Shown here piece after piece: positions 1-6,851 of a stretch of 25,740 nucleotides of DNA. Position 1 is the stretch's first letter. The number at the start of each line of letters is the position of its first letter. Source of the stretch: an uncultured archaeon (GTDB lineage: Archaea > Asgardarchaeota > Heimdallarchaeia > Heimdallarchaeales > Heimdallarchaeaceae). The notes under the pieces are model-generated. The model saw nothing but the letters and a program-made list of their open reading frames with translations. It was not told the DNA's origin and ran no database searches. The position numbers and the translations under genes are program-made. The DNA is taken from the NCBI GenBank assembly GCA_964549075.1, contig CAZJUB010000034.1:1-25740 (forward strand), written 5' to 3'.

Positions 1-1
1 T

Positions 2-697
2 ATGGTTTGTGGAGATGGATATATCTTAACACATTCTTCTGAAACTGTTGAGATTCTAGGACAAAAAGAAGTCGATGAATTCCTCCCTTCATATAAAGCA
101 GAACATGCGTATCTTGATGTTGACAGACCAACAGCTCAAGGTATTATAGTACCACCTCATTATCACATGGAAGCAAAATGGCAAATCCACCAAGCGATGA
201 GAAATGCTAAACAAGTAATCCAGGAAGTAAATGATGAATTCGCTAAGACATTTGGAAGAGATCACGGAGGATTAATTCAATCTTATAGAATGGAAGATGC
301 AGAACAAGCTTTAGTAGTAATAGGTTCGATTTCAGGAACAGTACGAGGAGTAGTTGACGAGTTAAGAGAAAAGGGGTACAAAGTAGGTATGGTGATTTTG
401 AGGATTTTCAGACCATTTCCTTCAGAAAAAATCTTAGAAACTTTAAAGAATGTTCAATCAATAGGTGTCTTCGATAGAAGTTTTTCTTTTGGTTCAGCTG
501 GTCAATGCTTTTTAGAAGTGAGAAACGCTTTGTATGGATTAGATATTCCAATGTACAACTTTATTGCTGGATTAGGGGGATTGGATGTGAGGGAAGAAGA
601 TATCAGGTTCATGTTTGACAAATTGCTAACTGTAAAAAATATGAAAGATATCAACGATCCTATAATCTTCGTCAATACCAGGGGGGTAACAATTTGA
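2..697 (+). CDS. porA: Pyruvate/2-oxoacid:ferredoxin oxidoreductase alpha subunit (5' truncated by window edge)
   Basis: Motifs DGYILTHS, YRMEDAE, RIFRPFP, VFDRS and AGLGG. The frame is open from the window start, and its TGA overlaps the porB TTG start. Confidence 0.9.
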   Translation: MVCGDGYILTHSSETVEILGQKEVDEFLPSYKAEHAYLDVDRPTAQGIIVPPHYHMEAKWQIHQAMRNAKQVIQEVNDEFAKTFGRDHGGLIQSYRMEDAEQALVVIGSISGTVRGVVDELREKGYKVGMVILRIFRPFPSEKILETLKNVQSIGVFDRSFSFGSAGQCFLEVRNALYGLDIPMYNFIAGLGGLDVREEDIRFMFDKLLTVKNMKDINDPIIFVNTRGVTI

Positions 698-1584
698 AAC
701 TAAGTGAATTACCTGATAAAGGACCATATACTTCAGGAGATAGAGCTTGTTCAGGATGTATGGCTGCAAACATAGCTTTGAATGTTATGCGTATTTTAGG
801 TAAAAAAACCATTGTGAGTGTCCCACCAAATTGTATGAGCGTCTTTGCAGGTACCTTTCCTGAACTAAATTGGGACGTACCATACTTCCATATGCAATTC
901 GCTAATCTTGCTTCGACATTGACAGGAATCTCTCGAGCTTTGAAAACACTAGGCAAAGATGATATCGTTGTGGTCGGATTTGGCGGTGATGGGGGAACAG
1001 GAGATATGGGGCTACAAGCTCTCTCTGGTGCTGCTCATCGAAATGAAAATATCCTTTATATCTGCTACAATAACGAGGCATACGAAAATACTGGAATTCA
1101 AGCTTCTGGTTCCTCTCCTTACGGCACCTGGTCTTCAACAACTCCTGTAAAAGGGAAACTAAGAGGTAATGAAAATTTTCCCAAGGACTTACCTCGTATC
1201 ATGATTGCACACGACAGTACTTATGTTGCTACAGCTTCTACTTATCATATCCAAGATTTCATCAGGAAAATAGAGAAAGCAAAAAATCTTCGAGGATTCA
1301 GATATATAGAAGTTCTAGCTGTTTGTAATCCCGGTTGGAGAGTACCGAGTCACATGGGACCAGAGTTGATGAAAGAAGCTGTTGACTGTGGATATTGGCT
1401 TCTCTTTGAATATGATAAAGGTAAACTTACTATCAATAAAAATCCAAAATTTACTGGTCTCAGAGAATTTCTTTCTAAACAAGATCGTTTCATGCACATA
1501 ACTGAAGCACAAATAGAAGAGATGGAAGCATATATTCAACGAAGATGGAAAGCCATTAAAAGACTTGAATCGACAGAAGAATAG
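694..1584 (+). CDS. porB: Pyruvate/2-oxoacid:ferredoxin oxidoreductase beta subunit (TPP-binding)
   Basis: Motifs ACSGC, GGDGG..DMGLQ..YNNEAYENTG (TPP motif) and VCNPGW. TTG start preceded by SD-like GGGGGGT at 681-687. Confidence 0.92.
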   Translation: MKLSELPDKGPYTSGDRACSGCMAANIALNVMRILGKKTIVSVPPNCMSVFAGTFPELNWDVPYFHMQFANLASTLTGISRALKTLGKDDIVVVGFGGDGGTGDMGLQALSGAAHRNENILYICYNNEAYENTGIQASGSSPYGTWSSTTPVKGKLRGNENFPKDLPRIMIAHDSTYVATASTYHIQDFIRKIEKAKNLRGFRYIEVLAVCNPGWRVPSHMGPELMKEAVDCGYWLLFEYDKGKLTINKNPKFTGLREFLSKQDRFMHITEAQIEEMEAYIQRRWKAIKRLESTEE

Positions 1585-1644
1585 ATTTTTCTTTCTCCAC
1601 TCTCAAACACATTCCCTCTTTGATTAGCTTCCTATCTAATAAAA

Positions 1645-1652
1645 TTTATATA
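1645..1652 (+). promoter_or_regulatory. Archaeal TATA box, likely leaderless transcript
   Basis: TTTATATA after an A-rich BRE-like run, ending 25 nt before ATG 1678. Confidence 0.65.
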
Positions 1653-1677
1653 CTCGCGCCAATAAGACTCACATACT

Positions 1678-2130
1678 ATGTCAAAACTTAATGTTTGGTC
1701 ATCAGGTGCAGGAATCGTAGGTCTACTTTTCTTGGTAGCAGGAATTGTAGGATCTGTTTTCCAATTCATATTCCTTTATCTCCCGTACTTTCAACTAGGT
1801 GGAGGAGACTGGCAATCAATACTATTCTTTGCTCTCAGTATAGGAGCAATGGCTTTTGGTGGTTTAGTACTAATCATCTCCTTTTTCGGAGTTCCAAAAG
1901 CTTTGTGGATTATATTCACATTTTTAGTAGTTGGATGCGCTCTTGTACTGCCAATATGGTTTGCAGTTGATACTGGAATGTTTGTTTATGTAGTTGGAGA
2001 CGCAATGTCAGTACCATTCTTGTTTGTAATACCAACTAATCCAATGTTAGATTTCATTGGATTCTGGTTGTCAGCTGGTGGATCCTTATTGGCTATGCTA
2101 ATTGGAATCTTTATTCCAAGCAAATATTAG
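1678..2130 (+). CDS. Uncharacterised 4-TM membrane protein, tandem paralog 1
   Basis: Four hydrophobic segments. Shares WSSxAG, FG(V/I)PKxLW, GFW..GG..LA and C-terminal PxxY with the next two genes. Confidence 0.85.
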   Translation: MSKLNVWSSGAGIVGLLFLVAGIVGSVFQFIFLYLPYFQLGGGDWQSILFFALSIGAMAFGGLVLIISFFGVPKALWIIFTFLVVGCALVLPIWFAVDTGMFVYVVGDAMSVPFLFVIPTNPMLDFIGFWLSAGGSLLAMLIGIFIPSKY

Positions 2131-2147
2131 AAAAGAATATAATTTAT

Positions 2148-2170
2148 GGAGATTTCATCTCCTTTTTTTT
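2148..2170 (+). terminator. Hairpin plus U-tract terminator
   Basis: GGAGAT-TTC-ATCTCC followed by T8. Confidence 0.7.
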
Positions 2171-2250
2171 AAATTATATATGTAAATATTCGTATCAAGA
2201 GATTCAGCACTTTTATGTAGCTAATGTTTACAGATGATACTCTCTCAAAA

Positions 2251-2258
2251 TTTAAATA
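2251..2258 (+). promoter_or_regulatory. Archaeal TATA box
   Basis: AAAA-TTTAAATA ending 24 nt before ATG 2283. Confidence 0.65.
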
Positions 2259-2282
2259 TCCAAATGTTTTACTTCTCTCACT

Positions 2283-2723
2283 ATGACCGTAAAATTACGC
2301 ATTTGGTCATCAGCTGCAGGATTTTCTGCACTGATCTTCTACTTACTAGGTGTTGCAGGAGCTGTTCTTCAATTCATATATTTGTATCTTCCAGCTTTCA
2401 AAGATGAATATATGACTGGAGGTGATGTAATGTATCTTATATATTTCATCATGATTATAGCCGTTGCATTTTTTGCAATTTTAGCGATATTCATATCAAT
2501 TTTTGGTATTCCAAAATTCTTATGGTTGACATTAACATTTTTGTCTCTCGCTTGTATTCTAGCTATCCCTCTAATAGTCTTAGGCATGGGTAATTCATTC
2601 CCATACATAAGTGTAAATTTCGCAGACACTACTGAAATGTTAAATTTCATTGGTTTCTGGGTTGGGGTTGGCGGGACCTTCCTTGCAACATTTATTGGAC
2701 TCTTTGTACCAAAATACTACTAG
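2283..2723 (+). CDS. Uncharacterised 4-TM membrane protein, tandem paralog 2
   Basis: Same motifs as its neighbours: IWSSAAG, FGIPKFLW, FIGFWVGVGG, PKYY. Confidence 0.85.
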   Translation: MTVKLRIWSSAAGFSALIFYLLGVAGAVLQFIYLYLPAFKDEYMTGGDVMYLIYFIMIIAVAFFAILAIFISIFGIPKFLWLTLTFLSLACILAIPLIVLGMGNSFPYISVNFADTTEMLNFIGFWVGVGGTFLATFIGLFVPKYY

Positions 2724-2742
2724 ATAGAAAAGAAAATATTAT

Positions 2743-2775
2743 GATTGGAAATTTCTCCAATCTTTCCTTTTTTTT
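2743..2775 (+). terminator. Hairpin plus U-tract terminator
   Basis: GATTGGA-AATTTC-TCCAATC followed by TTTCC and T8. Confidence 0.7.
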
Positions 2776-2801
2776 GTGTTATCAAAATTAATTTCTTAAT
2801 G

Positions 2802-2809
2802 TTTAAATA
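2802..2809 (+). promoter_or_regulatory. Archaeal TATA box
   Basis: TTTAAATA ending 22 nt before ATG 2832. Confidence 0.6.
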
Positions 2810-2831
2810 CTTGATTAGGCAGTATAAACAC

Positions 2832-3272
2832 ATGGCAAAGGCTAGAATTTGGTCTTCTGGTGCCGGAATTATATCGTTGCTATTTTATCTTGCAGGTGTA
2901 GCAGGAGCGGTTTTGGAATTTATTGGATACTACTTACCTGAATTCCAAGATAATTATCTAAACACACCTACTCCTGACACAATTGTCTTGATAGCATTTA
3001 TTGTTATTATTGCTTCAGCATTCTTTGCTTTATTAGCGTTAATAATATCCATGTTTGGTATTCCAAAAGCTTTGTGGATTATTTTCGCTTTTGCAAGCTT
3101 AGTCTGTATTGCAGTTTTCCCAATAATTAGTCTGATCCAAGGAAACCCATTCCCCTTTATCGATTTATCATATTATAGCAGTAATATGCTAGACTTCCTC
3201 GGATTCTGGATAGGCGTTGGAGGAACTTTCTTAGCAATGATATTTGGATTCTTCGTACCAAAAGAATATTAA
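2832..3272 (+). CDS. Uncharacterised 4-TM membrane protein, tandem paralog 3 (146 aa)
   Basis: Start moved from 2745 to ATG 2832 (MAKARIWSSGAG) by alignment with the paralogs and by TATA spacing. Ends PKEY. Confidence 0.85.
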   Translation: MAKARIWSSGAGIISLLFYLAGVAGAVLEFIGYYLPEFQDNYLNTPTPDTIVLIAFIVIIASAFFALLALIISMFGIPKALWIIFAFASLVCIAVFPIISLIQGNPFPFIDLSYYSSNMLDFLGFWIGVGGTFLAMIFGFFVPKEY

Positions 3273-3303
3273 TGAAAATAAAAGAAAAGAAACAAACTAC
3301 TCT

Positions 3304-3333
3304 GAGTAAGGAAGAAATTCCTACTCTTTTTTT
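3304..3333 (+). terminator. Hairpin (GAAA tetraloop) plus U-tract terminator
   Basis: GAGT(A)AGGAA-GAAA-TTCCTACTC followed by T7. Confidence 0.7.
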
Positions 3334-3664
3334 CCATTTTTTAGTGTTTTTTATGTAAAAATCGGTGTGAAAAAGAATACACAGTAATGCAGAATTACAT
3401 TTGGTTTATATTTAGAGCCATTATACAGAGATAAGACTATCATCACTTTCAAATTAAGATTCTTGCAATTTTCTCCTTTGTTCCTGTTTATCACCTCTTC
3501 TAAAACTTGAAGAATCGCCAATAATAGCCAGAATTAAGGCTTTCTCTCTTTTTCTTTTCATTTTCTTTCATTCACTTTCAACACTTTTTGACTTGTCTTA
3601 TTTTATCTCATAATAACGACAATAATAGTCTATACTAGCACAGAATGTCTCCTAACACTGAAAC

Positions 3665-3672
3665 TTTAAATA
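3665..3672 (+). promoter_or_regulatory. TATA box of the histone gene
   Basis: GAAAC-TTTAAATA about 51 nt upstream of ATG 3724. SD-like GGGGG at 3710-3714 implies a leadered mRNA. Confidence 0.55.
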
Positions 3673-3723
3673 CTACTAGCAGTATATTTTAGTTTGACAC
3701 CAAGAAATTGGGGGTTAATTAAC

Positions 3724-3912
3724 ATGGGTAAAGTAAAAGAAATGTTGATTGTAAAATCCAAAGTTAAAGACTATGTCAAATCTTTGGGTGAATTCAATGT
3801 TGCTGGAGATTTTGTAGAAGCACTTAATGAAGCTACAGCAAAAATCCTTAAACAGGCAACAGAGAGAACTAAAGCAAACGGCAGAAAAACCGTTTCCGCT
3901 AAAGACATTTAG
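3724..3912 (+). CDS. Short histone-fold protein (alpha3-truncated; face-to-face/Bd0055-like type), 62 aa
   Basis: LIVKSKVKDYVK alpha1, a long amphipathic alpha2, and GRKTVSAKDI (RxTxxxxD) at the very C-terminus. ATG 3724 has an SD, so it is preferred over TTG 3694. Confidence 0.88.
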   Translation: MGKVKEMLIVKSKVKDYVKSLGEFNVAGDFVEALNEATAKILKQATERTKANGRKTVSAKDI

Positions 3913-3942
3913 ATTAACAAAAAAGTGTTAGACAAATAAGAG

Positions 3943-3988
3943 ACCGAAAGAGCCAGAGACCTATATTTTATATTCTGATTCTTTCGGT
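3943..3988 (+). other. Long stem-loop in the 3' region of the histone gene
   Basis: ACCGAAAGAG.CAGAG pairs with TTCTG.TTCTTTCGGT (15 of 16 pairs, including two G-U). U-tracts follow at 4011-4027. Confidence 0.6.
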
Positions 3989-4192
3989 AAAAATTATAAG
4001 GTGCTAACCCTTTTTAACTTTTTTTTATTATCTTAGTTATTGTTCATATCTTTTATTTAATCAAAAATACTCTTAAATAAATATCAAGTAAACAGAACAG
4101 GATTATGAACCTTTAAATTCTATTTTGTGAAATTTCCTCAAAGGACATTTTTCTAGAGACTCTTCTAGATGGATTAACAGTTGTGTAAGGCA

Positions 4193-4894
4193 ATGAAACT
4201 TGAAGGACAATTTGAGTGTGCAACTTTTCTGCAGAGACCTAATCGCTTTCTAGCGACTGTTAAACTAGAAAAATCTAGAAAAGAGGTGACAGTTCATGTT
4301 CCAGATCCAGGAAGACTCAAAGAACTTTTGATTCCAAAAGTTGTCGTACTTGTAAGACAAGAAAGAGGTACAAAACGGAAGACAAAATATACTATGGTCG
4401 GAGTCAAAAAGGGTGAAATTTGGGTAAACATTGAATCAATTTTCACAAACAAAATTTTTGAGTATGAATATAAGAAAATTCCTTCTCTCAAAGCTTACGA
4501 AATTCTTCAAACTGAATATACTTTTGGTAATAGTCGTTTTGATTTTCTCATGAGAAATACACAGAGCAATAAAAAAACTCTCCTCGAAGTCAAAGGTGCA
4601 ACACTGGTTGAAAATGGTCATGCACTCTTTCCTGACGCTCCTACCAAACGAGGAACAAAACATGTAAGAGAGCTAGAAAAAGCTGTTAGAGAAGGATTAG
4701 AAGCTTTTATAGTCTTCATAGTCAAGCGGAAAGATGCTTTCAAATTTTCACCACATAAAGTTATTGATCCAAAATTTTCTCAAGAACTAGAAAATGCTAG
4801 AAATAAGGGAGTAAAGATACTAGCAGTCAATTGTAGTTATGAACCTTTGGAGAAAGAAATAGAGATATTAAAAGAAATTCCAGTCGTTATGTAA
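4193..4894 (+). CDS. sfsA: SfsA sugar fermentation stimulation protein (PD-(D/E)xK nuclease family)
   Basis: Motifs RPNRF, HVPDPGRLKELL, SRFDF, EVKG, FPDAPTKRGTKHVREL and DPKF. ATG 4193 preferred over TTG 4181. Confidence 0.95.
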   Translation: MKLEGQFECATFLQRPNRFLATVKLEKSRKEVTVHVPDPGRLKELLIPKVVVLVRQERGTKRKTKYTMVGVKKGEIWVNIESIFTNKIFEYEYKKIPSLKAYEILQTEYTFGNSRFDFLMRNTQSNKKTLLEVKGATLVENGHALFPDAPTKRGTKHVRELEKAVREGLEAFIVFIVKRKDAFKFSPHKVIDPKFSQELENARNKGVKILAVNCSYEPLEKEIEILKEIPVVM

Positions 4895-6848
4895 TATACT
4901 TATAACTTTTTTTCTTTAAGAGGTAGATAACAATCAGACCAAGTAGTGAGAAGAAAACTTCAAAATCAATAGTTGTCGATAAGGAATTTGATGGTGTTGA
5001 AGTATATGGCCTTTCAAATCCTGCTGCTTCCATCCATTCCCAAGCTTTTTCTAAATCCCAACCATATTTGATATCTATATAATCACACCAAAAATCGAAA
5101 AATCTTGGATTTGGTTGATTGTTAACGAAATACTCGCCGTCATAAAGTAAATCATTTATTTCAGATCGGTCGATTGCGTAGCTTATTGCTTTTCTGACTG
5201 CACAAGCTCTTGTATATTCCTCCTTACCTGGTGTATCTAACCAGACGTTATTATCTTCTCCACCGATATAAGAGTGGTTGAGATTAAAAGCATAAAAGTT
5301 TAGCACTTTTTTAACACTTGTAAGTATGTCAAACCTATAATCTGCTTGCATATCCTTTCTTGTTTCAGGGAAAAGTGTGAAGTTTACCCAGTCTAACTTA
5401 CCATTTAGAAATTCGATAAGAGCTGGATAATCATCTGTTATAACAGGAAGACTGATAGTTTTTATGTCTAAATCTTGAGCTGTTCCATCTATAGCTCCTC
5501 TCCCAAACCAATAAGGACTACTTCGTAGTACAGTTACATTATTAGGTTTATAATAATCTTTCAAATATTTACCGTTCCCAAAAGGAGAGAGCTGATAAGT
5601 CTGCCAGACTGAAGAATCCTGTATACCGGGATATAATCCAATAAATTCATAACCGCTTGTTGTCTGTGAAGGAGTTGAATCAGTGGAATTTAGAAAGAAT
5701 TCAGGAAGAATGGGAATGTTGAGTTTAGTCCAAAATTCTGAGAAAAACTCAGGTTCAGGAGTAGCAGGATTTGCATCAATTTTCAGATGAAAAACGTAGG
5801 GATCAGAGTTATCAACATAACATTCAGATACCCAATTATATGAAGAATCTTGAGAAGTAATATTGCTATTAGTCATTGCTAAGATAGTAAATACAGCATC
5901 TTTAGCAGTCACGGGAACACTCCCATTACTAGATAATCCTTTTAAACCTACTAGAAGGTCTTGTTCAGGAATATTCTGTAGTGGCTGAGAGGTCTCATTT
6001 CTAAAAGTTGTGTTGTAGGAAGGATTCCAATACATTTCATCGTTTAGTTCAAATGTAAAATAGTTGTAATCTATCTGTGACCAATCAGAAATCACACCTG
6101 TTTTTAGAGGGATATAATCAGGAGTATTAACTAGTATTGGTTCGAACATCAAGTCATTAAGCAATTTTTCAAAAGAAGATTCAGAAAATAGAGGATTTAA
6201 ACAATTCCAATTATTTCCGGGATAATTGAATTCCTTCAGATCTGTTTGAGCATCGTGATACCCATTAAATTCAAGATAAGGAAGAGAATCAGCAAAACCC
6301 CAGTTATTTTCAAATCCAATTGTATTACTCCAAACAGCTTCATAGATTCTTGGAAAGAACATTGGAACAATAGGTACTAGCTTATCCATAAACAAATTTT
6401 GCCAATTCCATTGTATTTCTGTTTGTGCTACTATATCTGAAGTTTCTAGGATTAAGTCTTGTAATTCTTCACTTTGATTATTATAAGGTATACTCGAATT
6501 TAATCTGAAGACGTTTTTTTCTCCTTCCTCAGTATAGAGATCTCTCCGATCAAAACTCGTTACTTCTCCATAAGGTCCATAAGCCATATCCCAATCATCA
6601 TTTGTTTTTTGATAATCTATCCAGTTATAGAAGAAACTGTATTCCTGAACTGGATAAACAGAATCAATATAGATACTCTTTAAGTGATCATATAAAATAA
6701 AACTATAATCTGGAACAAGTCCCCCTCCCCAAGATAAAATTCTTAATTTGAAGAAATAACCATCTATAGCTGCTGTATTTGTAGAACTTATAGTGGAACC
6801 TACAATATTTAAAACCATGATGGAAGTAATTATTACTTTCTTCTTCAT
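4887..6848 (-). CDS. Family-5 (Opp/Dpp-type) ABC solute-binding protein, apparently circularly permuted, C-terminal TM anchor
   Basis: Motifs LNPL, FEP, FTFEL, VTAKDAVFT, GNGKY, AVRKAISYAIDR and DLEKAWEWMEAAG. N-terminal signal, Ser/Thr linker, TM and basic tail. Confidence 0.85.
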   Translation of the reverse strand: MKKKVIITSIMVLNIVGSTISSTNTAAIDGYFFKLRILSWGGGLVPDYSFILYDHLKSIYIDSVYPVQEYSFFYNWIDYQKTNDDWDMAYGPYGEVTSFDRRDLYTEEGEKNVFRLNSSIPYNNQSEELQDLILETSDIVAQTEIQWNWQNLFMDKLVPIVPMFFPRIYEAVWSNTIGFENNWGFADSLPYLEFNGYHDAQTDLKEFNYPGNNWNCLNPLFSESSFEKLLNDLMFEPILVNTPDYIPLKTGVISDWSQIDYNYFTFELNDEMYWNPSYNTTFRNETSQPLQNIPEQDLLVGLKGLSSNGSVPVTAKDAVFTILAMTNSNITSQDSSYNWVSECYVDNSDPYVFHLKIDANPATPEPEFFSEFWTKLNIPILPEFFLNSTDSTPSQTTSGYEFIGLYPGIQDSSVWQTYQLSPFGNGKYLKDYYKPNNVTVLRSSPYWFGRGAIDGTAQDLDIKTISLPVITDDYPALIEFLNGKLDWVNFTLFPETRKDMQADYRFDILTSVKKVLNFYAFNLNHSYIGGEDNNVWLDTPGKEEYTRACAVRKAISYAIDRSEINDLLYDGEYFVNNQPNPRFFDFWCDYIDIKYGWDLEKAWEWMEAAGFERPYTSTPSNSLSTTIDFEVFFSLLGLIVIYLLKKKSYKYIT

Positions 6849-6851
6849 CTC

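Noticed and set aside
2745-2831. 29-aa N-terminal extension of paralog 3
   Set aside because: It runs through the upstream terminator and TATA box, and the paralogs align only from ATG 2832.
3454-3561. 35-aa minus-strand ORF MKRKREKALILAIIGD... and the pyrimidine-rich TTTC/TTTCA tract at 3541-3590
   Set aside because: The ORF arises from low-complexity sequence and has no homology cue. The tract has no regular period, so it is not a repeat array.
3943-3988. Hairpin as a SECIS element or tRNA
   Set aside because: No in-frame UGA candidate gene nearby and no cloverleaf or T-loop motif.
4193-4894. SfsA nuclease as part of a CRISPR or defence system
   Set aside because: No repeat-spacer array or cas genes were seen in the window, and sfsA is commonly stand-alone.
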